A stretch of DNA of 64,000 bases, taken from the NCBI GenBank assembly GCA_964621445.1, contig CAZUNO010000001.1, forward strand, positions 160,265 to 224,264, written 5' to 3'. Made by a program: the position numbers and the translations under genes. Positions 19,711-29,914 of this stretch are shown in pieces (the first letter of the stretch is position 1; every line of letters begins with the position of its first letter). This DNA is from Candidatus Hadarchaeota archaeon (lineage in GTDB: Archaea; CAYQAE01; CAYVLA01). The notes below the pieces were generated by a model. The model did no database searches. It was not told the DNA's origin and saw only the letters and a list, made by a program, of their open reading frames with translations.

Positions 19711-21101
19711 TTCTCCTTCATCAGGTTTTTCCCAATGCCGATGAGCCGGTCCACCTCTTCCTTTGAATCGGCCTCGGCATAAACCCTTATTACGGGCTCC
19801 GTACCGGAAGGCCTGAGAAGGAGCCAGCTCCCGGAGTCAAGATAGGCCTTGATACCGTCCTTCCTAACCACTTTTTTAGGTCTACTTCCCAGCGCTTTGG
19901 TGAACTGTTTGGTCGAGATCTTGAAATCCTCATCCGAAATCGCCATCGGTACTTGGCTCCGACTACTCACAAATTTACCATACTTTTCGGAGAATTCATT
20001 CATCAGATCGGTTATCGGCTTCTTCCTTTCGGCCAGCATCTCGGCTATTCTTAGCGAGGTCAGAATCCCGTCCTTCTCCGGAACGTGATCCCAGTATCCG
20101 AATCCCCCTGACTCCTCACCCCCGATGACGGCCTTTTCCTTCATCAGGTAGGGAGCTATGTATTTGAATCCCACCGGGACTTCATGGAGTTCAACTCCCA
20201 GGTCAGCGGCCAGGCCATCCACGGATGAGGTGGTGGCCACGGTCCTGACAATTCCTCCCCTTTTTGCGCTCTGGATCTTGGTTGCTAGCAGGGGGAAGAT
20301 CATGTTGGGAGATATGTAGCCGCCGTCCGGTCCGATGGCCGCTATTCGGTCGGCGTCTCCGTCGGTGGCCAGTCCTAGGTCGGCTCCCTCTTCCTGGACC
20401 TTTTGGCTGAGGGCAGTAAGCCTTTCTTCAGCCGGGTCGGGTTGTATGCCTCCGAAGTCGGGGTCGGGATGATCATTAATGGTGACCACATCAACCCCAA
20501 AACTGTTTAGCAGACGGTCAACGTATCCCCTGCCCGTACCGTGCATGGGATCGTAAACTATCTTCAGATCGGATGTTGACAATACCACCGCTCCCATCAT
20601 GGCCCTTATGTCCTCGTAGTATGCCTGGAAGGGATCTATATTCTCGATATCTCCCGTCTCCTGTTCCTCAAATGAAATTTCCGAGGTCCCCTGGGATACC
20701 AGGATTTGGATGGTGTTTGTGATCTCTTCATTTGCGGGACCGGCGTAATAGGGTATGAATTTGATTCCGTTCCAATCCGAAGGATTATGTGATGCGGTTA
20801 TCATGACCCCGCCGCAGGCATCCCAGTAATTTACGGCGTTCGCAATTACCGGGGTGGGAGCGTCCCTCTCGGACTTGAGGACGTTGAAACCTGCTGAAGA
20901 GGCTACCTCGGAAACCCTCTGGGCATATTTTTCAGAATTTTTTCTGGTGTCGAAACCCACTATGATCCGATTTTCCGACGGGGAGTTTCCAGATTTGACC
21001 AGGAAGGTGCAGATGGATTTGGCGAGGGCCTCAACCCCTTCCATTGTGAATTCCTCATCCATTCGCGCCCGCCAACCGTCCGTCCCGAAATCAACTCTCA
21101 T
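19707..21101 (-). CDS. phosphomannomutase / phosphoglucomutase (archaeal PMM/PGM)
   Basis: TASHNPSDWNGIKF and GLATDGDADR motifs, 464 aa. Confidence 0.8.
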   Translation of the reverse strand: MRVDFGTDGWRARMDEEFTMEGVEALAKSICTFLVKSGNSPSENRIIVGFDTRKNSEKYAQRVSEVASSAGFNVLKSERDAPTPVIANAVNYWDACGGVMITASHNPSDWNGIKFIPYYAGPANEEITNTIQILVSQGTSEISFEEQETGDIENIDPFQAYYEDIRAMMGAVVLSTSDLKIVYDPMHGTGRGYVDRLLNSFGVDVVTINDHPDPDFGGIQPDPAEERLTALSQKVQEEGADLGLATDGDADRIAAIGPDGGYISPNMIFPLLATKIQSAKRGGIVRTVATTSSVDGLAADLGVELHEVPVGFKYIAPYLMKEKAVIGGEESGGFGYWDHVPEKDGILTSLRIAEMLAERKKPITDLMNEFSEKYGKFVSSRSQVPMAISDEDFKISTKQFTKALGSRPKKVVRKDGIKAYLDSGSWLLLRPSGTEPVIRVYAEADSKEEVDRLIGIGKNLMKEN

Positions 21102-21215
21102 CGTTCGTAGGTTGTGATGATTTCAATAAAAAATTTGCCTTCCATAATGCAATTAGAGCGGGAATGTCGGTCCTTATAGTGCTAATTTATTAGATGAAGC
21201 ACAAAGATTCTCAGC

Positions 21216-21776
21216 GTGAAGGCAATAATCGGCTTGCTAATCACCGCTCTTCTGGCTACCGTCCCGGTATTGGGTCTCGATCAGGTCCCGCTTGGGGAAT
21301 ATCTGCCTGGGGCCTACGAGGGTTATTCCATGCAGGGCGGTGAATACTACGTTGTGGAGAACTTGACTGGGCTATATGATGGAGAATATATGAAATACGT
21401 TGAAAGAGGGGTCATGGCCGCGGTCTCCGGTATATATACCAGGGATTCTTCCTACTACAGCGTCATCATTCATCAGATGGAGTCGGAGGCCGATTCAAAA
21501 TCCATCGTTGAATACTTCGAGGAGACAATCTATGGAGGGGGGCCTTCGAAAGTGGATATCGGTGACGGAGGTTTTAGGTATGAGCAGTACGAAATGAATT
21601 ACCTTTATTTCTCCGAGGGGTTTATATTCGTAAGATTGGAGGGCTCTGGGGATTCAATTTACAACACGATGTGGGATTCGGCGAATAGGGTGGTTCAGCG
21701 GATCCCATTTCCCTCCTTTACGGCCGCCCTATCGATCCTATCTTTGTTAGTTTTCGTCCGGTCATCCCGGCCATGA
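21216..21776 (+). CDS. hypothetical secreted protein with C-terminal membrane anchor
   Basis: An N-terminal signal-like helix and a C-terminal hydrophobic segment followed by RSSRP. Confidence 0.35.
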   Translation: MKAIIGLLITALLATVPVLGLDQVPLGEYLPGAYEGYSMQGGEYYVVENLTGLYDGEYMKYVERGVMAAVSGIYTRDSSYYSVIIHQMESEADSKSIVEYFEETIYGGGPSKVDIGDGGFRYEQYEMNYLYFSEGFIFVRLEGSGDSIYNTMWDSANRVVQRIPFPSFTAALSILSLLVFVRSSRP

Positions 21777-21866
21777 ACTTCGACAAAAGCCGAACATATC
21801 ATTACATTTCGCCGATACAGTTAAGTAAACTCCTCCTCTGAAGGGATTTAGACAGAACAGTGCAAG

Positions 21867-22928
21867 GTGTTTGATTTGAAGTCAGCCATTATCGGTTATG
21901 GAGCCTATGTCCCCCGTTTCAGAATCCGGTCAAGGGATATAGCAACGATATGGGGTCAGGATCCCGATGCAATCGAAAAGGGACTTGGTATCACCGAGAA
22001 GTCGGTGCCGGGAATAGATGAGGACACCATAACCATCTCAGTCCAGGCATCTAGGTATGCCGTTAGGAGGGCCGGGATAGACCCGAGGGAGATAGGGGCC
22101 ATATACATAGGGTCAGAATCCCATCCCTATGCGGTGAAGCCCAGCGCAACCGTGACGGCGGCCGCCATTGGGACTGGAGATGATTTGACGGCGGCCGACT
22201 TCGAGTTCGCCTGTAAGGCGGGGACGGCGGGCATGCAGACGGTGATGGGTCTTGTGAACTCCGGAGGCATAGATTATGGCCTGGCCATAGGTGCGGATAC
22301 GGCACAGGGGGCACCGGGAGACCCACTTGAGTACTCGGCCGCCGCCGGCGGTGCTGCATTCATCATTGGTGCGGATAACGATGCCAGTGTGGCCAGCGTG
22401 GACTACACGACCTCCATGACCACCGATACGCCTGACTTCTGGAGGAGGGAGGGCCGTGCATATCCCAGGCACGGTGGGCGGTTCACCGGGAAACCGGCAT
22501 ATTTCAAACATGTGGTGGAGACCACCAGAAGGCTTATGGATGATCTTGACAGGAAACCCGAGGATTTCACCTACGCCGTTTTTCATATGCCCAACAGGAA
22601 GTTCCCGGTAAGGGCTTCCATGGCCCTGGGTTTCAATATGGATCAGGTCAAACCTGGTCTGGTGGTAGAGAAGGTGGGTAATACCTATTCAGGCTGCTCG
22701 CCTCTTGGCTTGACCGCCGTTCTTGACGTAGCCAATCCGGGAGACACGATTGTGCTCACCAGCTACGGGTCGGGAGCGGGAAGTGATAGCTTCGCATTCA
22801 CGGTGAAGGAAGGTATAGAATCAAAGAGAGGCCTGGCTCCTCTGACCAGCGAGATAATTGAAAACAAGAAGTACATAGATTATGCCACATATGCCAAGCT
22901 TAGAGAAAAGCTGATGTTTGCGGAGTGA
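21867..22928 (+). CDS. hydroxymethylglutaryl-CoA synthase (archaeal)
   Basis: A thiolase-fold condensing enzyme with a GTG start. It is the first gene of the conserved archaeal HMGS-thiolase-DUF35 arrangement. Confidence 0.75.
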   Translation: MFDLKSAIIGYGAYVPRFRIRSRDIATIWGQDPDAIEKGLGITEKSVPGIDEDTITISVQASRYAVRRAGIDPREIGAIYIGSESHPYAVKPSATVTAAAIGTGDDLTAADFEFACKAGTAGMQTVMGLVNSGGIDYGLAIGADTAQGAPGDPLEYSAAAGGAAFIIGADNDASVASVDYTTSMTTDTPDFWRREGRAYPRHGGRFTGKPAYFKHVVETTRRLMDDLDRKPEDFTYAVFHMPNRKFPVRASMALGFNMDQVKPGLVVEKVGNTYSGCSPLGLTAVLDVANPGDTIVLTSYGSGAGSDSFAFTVKEGIESKRGLAPLTSEIIENKKYIDYATYAKLREKLMFAE

Positions 22929-22933
22929 TTTGA

Positions 22934-24091
22934 ATGGATAGAGTAGCCATAATCGGGGTCGGAATAACGGATTTTGGAGAGCTATGGGATAAATCGCTGC
23001 GGGACCTCACCGTGGAGGCCGGGCTGGGGGCAATCAGGGATTCCGGCCTTCCCGGGGAAGAGATAGATGCTCTCTACTCCGGCTGTATGTCAAGCGGTAT
23101 TTTCGTTAAGCAGGAGCATATATCGAGCATTCTCGCTGATTACTGCGGGCTGACTCCAAAGCCCTCTACCAGGGTTGAGAGCGCCTGCGCGTCAGGTGGG
23201 TTGGCTCTGAGACAGGCCATAATGGCCGTCCAGTCCGGAATGCATGATGTGGTGGTTGCCGGTGGAGTGGAGAAGATGACCGATATATTGACCGAACAAA
23301 CCACCATGGCCCTAGCATGTGCCGCCGACCGGGAATGGGAGGCCTTTCAGGGCGTAACATTTCCCGCCTTGTATGCGATGATTGCACAGCGTCATATGTA
23401 CGATTTTGGAACCACCGAGGAGCATCTTTCCCTGGTCTCCGTCAAGAACCATCAAAACGGGGCCAAAAACCCTCACGCACAGTATCAAAGGGCGGTGACC
23501 CTTGAACAGGTAATGGGGAGTTCACTGATAGCGGATCCAATTCGCCTTCTTCACTGCTCTCCCATAAGCGACGGGGCTGCGGCCTTGGTGGTGTGTTCGG
23601 AGGAAAGGGCCAAGGAAGCGGCGGCGGAACCGGTGTGGGTTCTAGGATCGGGACAAGCATCGGATACCATTGCCCTCCATGACCGAAGAGATATCACCAC
23701 ATTGGATGCCACCATACATTCGGCGAAGAAGGCATATGAAATGGCAGGTATTGGCCCCCGGGATATCGATTTTGCGGAGGTGCATGACTGCTTTACGATA
23801 GCGGAGATCTGTGCGATAGAGGACCTTGGGTTCTTTGAGAAGGGGGAAGGTGGAAAGGCGACCGAGGACGGTCGGACGGAGCTCAATTCGGATATCTCAA
23901 TTAACCCCAGCGGAGGGCTCAAATCAAAGGGCCACCCCGTTGGGGCCACTGGAATTGGGCAGGTCGTGGAGGCGGTTACCCAACTTAGGGGGGAAGCCGG
24001 AGATCGACAGGTGGATGACGCGGAGCTGGGATTGACCCACAATATCGGCGGTTCCGGCGGAACATGCGTTACTCATATACTCGGAAGGTGA
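22934..24091 (+). CDS. acetyl-CoA C-acetyltransferase (thiolase)
   Basis: Thiolase motifs and a catalytic Cys region (ESACASGG). Confidence 0.8.
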   Translation: MDRVAIIGVGITDFGELWDKSLRDLTVEAGLGAIRDSGLPGEEIDALYSGCMSSGIFVKQEHISSILADYCGLTPKPSTRVESACASGGLALRQAIMAVQSGMHDVVVAGGVEKMTDILTEQTTMALACAADREWEAFQGVTFPALYAMIAQRHMYDFGTTEEHLSLVSVKNHQNGAKNPHAQYQRAVTLEQVMGSSLIADPIRLLHCSPISDGAAALVVCSEERAKEAAAEPVWVLGSGQASDTIALHDRRDITTLDATIHSAKKAYEMAGIGPRDIDFAEVHDCFTIAEICAIEDLGFFEKGEGGKATEDGRTELNSDISINPSGGLKSKGHPVGATGIGQVVEAVTQLRGEAGDRQVDDAELGLTHNIGGSGGTCVTHILGR

Positions 24092-24092
24092 T

Positions 24093-24488
24093 ATGATGGG
24101 AGTACCGAGATTCTGGAGAGAGATTCACTACAGATATAAACTAATAGGCACAAAGTGCTCGAACTGTGATGAGGCCTTCTTCCCTCCCAGGGGGATCTGT
24201 CCCAACTGCAGGGGGTCAGGGGATGTGGATTCCCTAAAACTGTCAGGAAGGGGAGAGATCGTTACCTACACGGTGGTGAGGGTTCCTCCTGAGGGGTTCG
24301 AGAAAGAGGCCCCCTACGTGGTGGCCATAGTGAAGTTGGAGGAAGGTCCCAGGATAACATCTCAGATAGTGGATTGTGACCCGGATGAGGTTAAGATCGG
24401 GTCCCGGGTCAAATCGGTTTTCAGGAAGGTTGACGAGGATGGCCCGGCGGGTATAATCCACTACGGGTATAAGTTCATTCTTGAATAG
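24093..24488 (+). CDS. DUF35 OB-fold/Zn-ribbon protein (HMGS/thiolase partner)
   Basis: CSNCDEAFFPPRGICPNCRG Zn ribbon, 131 aa. Confidence 0.7.
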   Translation: MMGVPRFWREIHYRYKLIGTKCSNCDEAFFPPRGICPNCRGSGDVDSLKLSGRGEIVTYTVVRVPPEGFEKEAPYVVAIVKLEEGPRITSQIVDCDPDEVKIGSRVKSVFRKVDEDGPAGIIHYGYKFILE

Positions 24489-24493
24489 GAGGA

Positions 24494-25762
24494 TTGCTAT
24501 TGGTGACTAGTCGAATATCAGGTTTCTATAAGCTATCAATGGAGGACAGACGTGCAAAGGTGGCCGAATTAGCTGGGTTGGATGAGGATTCCCTTGAGGC
24601 CATAAGTGAGGTGGGAAGTCTGGGCTCGTCCCAGGCCGACAAGATGATCGAAAACGTCGTGGGAACCACCGAACTACCCTTGGGTATAGCCACAAATTTC
24701 GTGGTAAATGGCAGGGAGGTCCTGGTGCCCATGGCCATAGAGGAACCGTCGGTGGTGGCAGCAGCAAGTAATGCTGCCAAGATAGCCAGGGCCGCCCACG
24801 GGTTCAAGGCTGAAGGGGGGGAACCGGTTATGATAGGCCAGATCCAGGTTTGTGGAGTTGCCGATCCCCATGCCCAGGCCGTATCCTTGATCCAGCATAA
24901 GAAAGAGATAATTGACATGGCTAATGAGCAGGATCCGGTCCTGGTTAAGGTTGGGGGAGGTGCAAGGGACCTGAAATGCAGGGTGGTGGACACGCCTAGG
25001 GGAGAGATGCTCATCGTTCACCTACTGGTTGACACTCGTGATGCCATGGGCGCCAATGCGGTTAATACCATGGCCGAGGCAGTTGCTCCTTATATAGAGG
25101 AGATAACCGGCGGCAAGGTCTACCTTAGAATCATAAGTAATCTGGCAACGGAGAGAATTGTCCGAGCTTCAGCCGTATTCCCCAAGGGTGAGCTGGGGGG
25201 AGAGGAGGTCGTTGAGGGCATATTGCAGGCATATGCATTTGCCTATGGGGACCCTTACCGTGCTGCTACTCACAACAAGGGCATAATGAATGGAATAATT
25301 GCCGTTGCCAACGCGACCATGAACGACACGAGGGCTTTGGAGGCCGGAGCTCACGCCTACGCATCGATGACTGGAACCTACCGTCCTCTCACATGCTGGG
25401 AAAGGAACTCAGATGGTGATCTATCTGGGAGCATCGAGATCCCCCTGGCCGTTGGTCTCATGGCTGCCACGGCGGTGCACCCGGTGGCCAAGGCCGCTAT
25501 TTCAATACTTGGGGTTGAGAGTTCTCAGGATCTATCCCGGGTGTTGGCCTCGGTTGGCTTGGCCCAGAACCTGGCCGCGTTGAGGGCCCTGGCAACGGAG
25601 GGCATCCAGAAGGGTCACATGGCATTGCATGCTCGTAACGTGGCCATTCTCGCCGGGGCTAAGAAGGGGGAGATAGATGAGCTAGCCGATGCCCTGGCTT
25701 CCGAGGGAAAGGTTAGGTTGGACCTGGCCAAGCAGATTCTTGATGAGATGAGATCGGACTGA
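24494..25762 (+). CDS. hydroxymethylglutaryl-CoA reductase, class II
   Basis: ENVVGTTELPLGIATNFVVNGREVLVPMAIEEPSVVAAAS is class II-like (EEPSV[IV]AA), as opposed to class I TTEGCLVAS. Confidence 0.75.
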   Translation: MLLVTSRISGFYKLSMEDRRAKVAELAGLDEDSLEAISEVGSLGSSQADKMIENVVGTTELPLGIATNFVVNGREVLVPMAIEEPSVVAAASNAAKIARAAHGFKAEGGEPVMIGQIQVCGVADPHAQAVSLIQHKKEIIDMANEQDPVLVKVGGGARDLKCRVVDTPRGEMLIVHLLVDTRDAMGANAVNTMAEAVAPYIEEITGGKVYLRIISNLATERIVRASAVFPKGELGGEEVVEGILQAYAFAYGDPYRAATHNKGIMNGIIAVANATMNDTRALEAGAHAYASMTGTYRPLTCWERNSDGDLSGSIEIPLAVGLMAATAVHPVAKAAISILGVESSQDLSRVLASVGLAQNLAALRALATEGIQKGHMALHARNVAILAGAKKGEIDELADALASEGKVRLDLAKQILDEMRSD

Positions 25763-25830
25763 GTTGGTCGTCCGGTCTAAATCCCAATAGATTTATTATT
25801 TAATATCAGGAGTTTAGGACTTGTTCGCAA

Positions 25831-26121
25831 ATGGACCTGCTAACCGATAATTTCATCTGGCTGGTTGAGTCGTTTTCCGACCTATTGCTCTGGGCCGGTA
25901 GACGTTTCTTCAGCGCCATAACCTGGATCCTGGACCGGACTAGCGCGTTGATAGTGGGCGGGCTTCGCCTTACCTCCCGGTTATTGGAGTGGTCCATCGA
26001 GAATCCATGGCAGGCGGCCCTAAATGTGGCAATAGCCATTGGAATAGTTCTACTTATTCTCTCCATCGAGATCTACATATACGACCTTCTCAAGAGACGG
26101 AGTAGCCGGTCGGGGGAGTGA
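25831..26121 (+). CDS. small hypothetical membrane protein
   Basis: 96 aa with two hydrophobic helices. Support is weak. Confidence 0.25.
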   Translation: MDLLTDNFIWLVESFSDLLLWAGRRFFSAITWILDRTSALIVGGLRLTSRLLEWSIENPWQAALNVAIAIGIVLLILSIEIYIYDLLKRRSSRSGE

Positions 26122-26127
26122 GGCGGA

Positions 26128-28245
26128 TTACTCCGCCTCTGCCGCGACCTTCTTAACAAATTCCACGGTCTCGGACTTGAATTCCTCGTATGCGTTCTTG
26201 AACTGGGTGGTGGTCTTTATCACTGAGCCGAAGTTGGGCCAGTCCTCGGGCATCATTCCCCCATCGCCGAAGCCGGGCTCGATACCCGCTTCCTTGAGCT
26301 GTTCGTACAGCCATGGGTTCATCTCGTATGCCTTCTTGAAGTCCTCCAGTTTCAAAAGACGATCTGCTATCTCCGGGTCATGATCCATCAGCACGGCATC
26401 CTCGAAATCTTGGAGCTCAAGGTCCTCCTCCCTGTAGGCCTCCAGCACGTTAAACTGGTGGTTGGGGAATTCGGTGTTGGTCATTCCCCTGCTGGCCATG
26501 GTCAGATAGGTGTCCATCGGTTTCCTCTTGGAGGCTGGGAGCATGTCGATCTTTCCCATTACCTCTTCGGCCTCCGATGGGGTAATCCCGAACTTGCTCT
26601 GGAGATAGGCCAACCACTTGGGCCGGTTCTCCTCGCTGAAAAAGGTCCAGTATACCCGCTGACAAACCAGGGTTCCTGACATGCCTATATCCTTTTCCAG
26701 ATCTCCAATGTATTTCGCAGTTTCCTCCGGGTTACCGAAGGCCCCAGATTTCTGTATGCCCTTCAGGAAGGCTTCCTTCTCCAGGGACTTAAGGCCATAG
26801 TTATAGGAGCAAATTGCGGAGATCTTGTCCTCGGTGCTCTGTAGGGATTCCTCTATACCCATTCCCTCAGCTATTTCATCGAGGAATTCGTCCTCGTCCT
26901 CCACCTCGGTCAATGCCTTTCTCAGAATTCTCTCCGATTCTAGGTCCCGGAGATGGCTCTCCAATCTTCCACCCATGTTGGTCTCGTAAGCCTGGGTTAT
27001 GGGTATTCCCGCCTTGAGGGCTTTGGCCATTCCCGTGATGGCCCGAATAATCAGGGATGCTTCCTGCACCACACTGTAGGTGACGGTGTTGTTGGTGCCT
27101 ATTCCCAGGCCGTCGAGGGTCGTGGTGATGTCCAGGGATGCCGGGGAGCTAGCTGCTACCTTAAATACGATGTTCGGCCTGGACCTTTCCATCATCTCTG
27201 AATATGCCCATACTAGGTTCTTATCGTACTCCCTCAGGTAATTGGTGGCTGCGGAGTATATCTTTAGGGCATCCTCGACGCTGCCTTGATAGCTGTCTGC
27301 AACGTTGGGGTTAAGCTGGTAGCTCACCATTCCATGCTGCCTGTTTGTTGATAGGAAAAGGGGCCTGAAGACCTCTAGGTTTGGCCAGAGTGCTACCTGG
27401 GTTGCTTCCATTGCGATTTCGTCCCCGTAATCCTCCGGAGATTCATGCCAGCGTTCGTTCTCAAGTACCACTTGTTTGAATTCGTTCCAAAGCTCGGGAA
27501 TATCGACATATGCCTTGGCCGCCAGCACTGGGTTGGTTGAAACCTGTACGTATCCCAGGTGCCTGAGCCATCTCAAACCCATGGCATAGTCATTTCCAAG
27601 CTTGCAAAGCCCCTGATAGGTCATCTGGTAGTAGACGTTGTTCTTTAGGGCATTACTGGTGGCCTCAAGGTAGGTGCTGACCGGGGATTCCTCATCTATC
27701 TGAGGATCTATTTCCTCTGCTATCTTGGCCATCATTCCGTCGCCGGCCATTATCTTCTTCATGTCGACGAGCATCTTTCTCGCCACGGCCATGCCCACCG
27801 GGGCCTCTCCGTCGAAGTTCTCGCACTCGAGTTCGGTCCACCTATCCAGTATCTCCAACACTCTCTGGTAGGCGTCCTCGCACTCCGCTTCAGAAAGCCC
27901 TATCAGTTTCGGTTCCATTCCCGTAAGGTTTAGTCCTATCTCGGTCATGACCTCATATGCCCTTGCCCGGGCCAGGATCTTCTCCTTGAATTCCTCGTCC
28001 GTGTCTTCGGGACAGGTGGCTGTCCACCTGAGCTGAAGGTTCAGCTGTCTAGTGACATTTCCGATGGTTTCCAGGAGATTTCCCTTCATCTCGGGGTGAA
28101 GCAGATGGTCTGCTGCCACGCCCGTGTTCCCTTCGAGGGCCAAAAGCACTACATGTTCGGCATGATCGAGGCTCTCGGGCTCCGAGAGCTCCTCCGGTTT
28201 GGTATTCAGAACGATATCATTAATGTCCTGTTTCATCCGGTTCAC
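26128..28245 (-). CDS. large hypothetical protein with a transaldolase-like TIM-barrel core
   Basis: 705 aa. The central region has VSTNPVL (compare transaldolase TTNPSL), NIVFKVAAS (compare the Schiff-base Lys region NVLIKIPAT) and GIGTNNTVTYS (compare GINVNVTLLFS). Confidence 0.35.
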   Translation of the reverse strand: MNRMKQDINDIVLNTKPEELSEPESLDHAEHVVLLALEGNTGVAADHLLHPEMKGNLLETIGNVTRQLNLQLRWTATCPEDTDEEFKEKILARARAYEVMTEIGLNLTGMEPKLIGLSEAECEDAYQRVLEILDRWTELECENFDGEAPVGMAVARKMLVDMKKIMAGDGMMAKIAEEIDPQIDEESPVSTYLEATSNALKNNVYYQMTYQGLCKLGNDYAMGLRWLRHLGYVQVSTNPVLAAKAYVDIPELWNEFKQVVLENERWHESPEDYGDEIAMEATQVALWPNLEVFRPLFLSTNRQHGMVSYQLNPNVADSYQGSVEDALKIYSAATNYLREYDKNLVWAYSEMMERSRPNIVFKVAASSPASLDITTTLDGLGIGTNNTVTYSVVQEASLIIRAITGMAKALKAGIPITQAYETNMGGRLESHLRDLESERILRKALTEVEDEDEFLDEIAEGMGIEESLQSTEDKISAICSYNYGLKSLEKEAFLKGIQKSGAFGNPEETAKYIGDLEKDIGMSGTLVCQRVYWTFFSEENRPKWLAYLQSKFGITPSEAEEVMGKIDMLPASKRKPMDTYLTMASRGMTNTEFPNHQFNVLEAYREEDLELQDFEDAVLMDHDPEIADRLLKLEDFKKAYEMNPWLYEQLKEAGIEPGFGDGGMMPEDWPNFGSVIKTTTQFKNAYEEFKSETVEFVKKVAAEAE

Positions 28246-28410
28246 TGCCTCAGAGAGAGTTAAATGAGAAGCTCAAAAATATATCCCACTGATGGGCCTC
28301 AGATGGGCGTCTGAGGGGGACCTGAATGAATGAAAGTAGAACCTCATGGGGTCATTTCCCTACCAATCTGCTTTCCTGAGGTTTTTCCCTGCTAAGGGGA
28401 GGATGTAGTT

Positions 28411-29250
28411 TTGAAGATACACATTGCCGCCTGCCAAATCAATACATATCCGGATCTAGAGAGGAGTTCAAGCAAGATAATTGACTGGATCAAGAGGGCA
28501 TCCGAGGAAGAGATCGATGTCATAGCCTTTCCGGAGGCCGCGACATGTGGGTATACCTCCGAGCCATCCTACTGGGAGAAGGCCAAGCCCGGAGATTTTG
28601 AATCCGCAGAAGAGGTCATAATCGATGCTGCACGTGAAAATGAGATTGGGGTGATTCTGGGAACCGCTAACAGGGAGGGGGAGAAGTGGTTCAATAGCAT
28701 CCTGGCCATAGGTAAAGGGGGAGAGGTCAAAGGTCGGTATTCCAAGACCCACCTGGCCGAGTCCTGGTCCTCACCCGGAAAGATACTGCCGATATACGAA
28801 ATATCCGGAGTAAAATCCTGCTTTCTGGTATGCCACGACATAAGATACCCGGAACTAGTGAGACTGCCGGCCATACTTGGAGCGCGAATCTGTTATTTCT
28901 GCAGCAATGAGAGCGGTCTTTTTTCCGAACACAAGCTAAGCGCCTACAGGGCCATGCCCATAGCTCGAGCCACCGAGAACGGCATATTCCTGGTAATGGC
29001 CAATGCCCCTGCTAATCCCGATGATATTCGGGGGAGTTCACAGTCCCACGGGAATAGTAAGATCATTCATCCTAACGGGAATGTATTGAACGAGGCTGGC
29101 TACTTCGAGGAGAGACTGGTCACCCAGCTGATAGATGTCGATGACGCCGGCAGAGGACCGGCAAAGAGATCCGTGGATGACGAGACCATACTCAGGGAAT
29201 GGATGAGGAATGGACTGGATCTAGTTGAGGTCAGGGAGAGTGAGGGCTAG
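28411..29250 (+). CDS. carbon-nitrogen hydrolase (nitrilase superfamily)
   Basis: E-K-C triad context: FPEAATCGY and VCHDIRYPE. TTG start. Confidence 0.7.
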   Translation: MKIHIAACQINTYPDLERSSSKIIDWIKRASEEEIDVIAFPEAATCGYTSEPSYWEKAKPGDFESAEEVIIDAARENEIGVILGTANREGEKWFNSILAIGKGGEVKGRYSKTHLAESWSSPGKILPIYEISGVKSCFLVCHDIRYPELVRLPAILGARICYFCSNESGLFSEHKLSAYRAMPIARATENGIFLVMANAPANPDDIRGSSQSHGNSKIIHPNGNVLNEAGYFEERLVTQLIDVDDAGRGPAKRSVDDETILREWMRNGLDLVEVRESEG

Positions 29251-29313
29251 CGGAGCTCCTGCCGGATGATTAGGGAGTGTTATAAGCGACATCAACTATA
29301 AATCACCGAGGAA

Positions 29314-29901
29314 ATGGATATCAATCTGGATGAGAGGTTCAAGCCACATCCAAACCTCAAGAAGGTTTACAGAACCTATACTGCAATGGTGCTGCTAATC
29401 CCGGCTTTGGTCACGGTGATCGCCTTTGCTGCCGGGGGATTTCCGGTGGCAGCCCTGGCTTCTTCGGTGGTCTGGGCGGTATTCCTGGTTCCCGCCATAT
29501 TTGCCCTTTACTGGATAAACAGGTTTTTTGATACAGTTTTCTTCAAGCTGACCGATAGTGAGGTGGTTGTTGAGAAGGGGGTATGGTTCAAGCAGGTCCA
29601 GAACGTGCCCTATAAACAGATAACCAACGTCACCATCAAACAGGGGCCCATCTACAGGCACTTCGGCCTTGGGAAGGTCGAAATCCAGACTGCTGGGCAC
29701 TCCGCAAACCAATCTGGGCCCGAGGCCTCGATATTCGGAGTACGGGATTTCAAGGGAGTAAGAGACCAGTTAATTGAGATAATCAGAGAGGAGAAGGCAT
29801 CTCCCGTATCGATGCGTTCGGGGGACGATGAGGTTGGGTTCAGCCCACAGATACTGGAGGAACTCAGGAGTATAAGGGATCTATTGGAACGCAATCTCTA
29901 G
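29314..29901 (+). CDS. membrane protein with bacterial PH-like (YdbS/YdbT, bPH_2) domain
   Basis: Two TM helices followed by a KQITNVTIKQGPIYRHFGLGKVEIQTAG motif. Confidence 0.5.
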   Translation: MDINLDERFKPHPNLKKVYRTYTAMVLLIPALVTVIAFAAGGFPVAALASSVVWAVFLVPAIFALYWINRFFDTVFFKLTDSEVVVEKGVWFKQVQNVPYKQITNVTIKQGPIYRHFGLGKVEIQTAGHSANQSGPEASIFGVRDFKGVRDQLIEIIREEKASPVSMRSGDDEVGFSPQILEELRSIRDLLERNL

Positions 29902-29914
29902 CTGCGGATTAGGG

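Noticed and set aside
22063-25014. Long antisense ORFs of 98-163 aa inside HMGS, thiolase and HMGR (22113..22586, 23551..24042, 24526..25014)
   Set aside because: They are typical GC-rich antisense open frames, Pro/Arg/Ser-rich, and the sense strands carry well-supported conserved enzymes.
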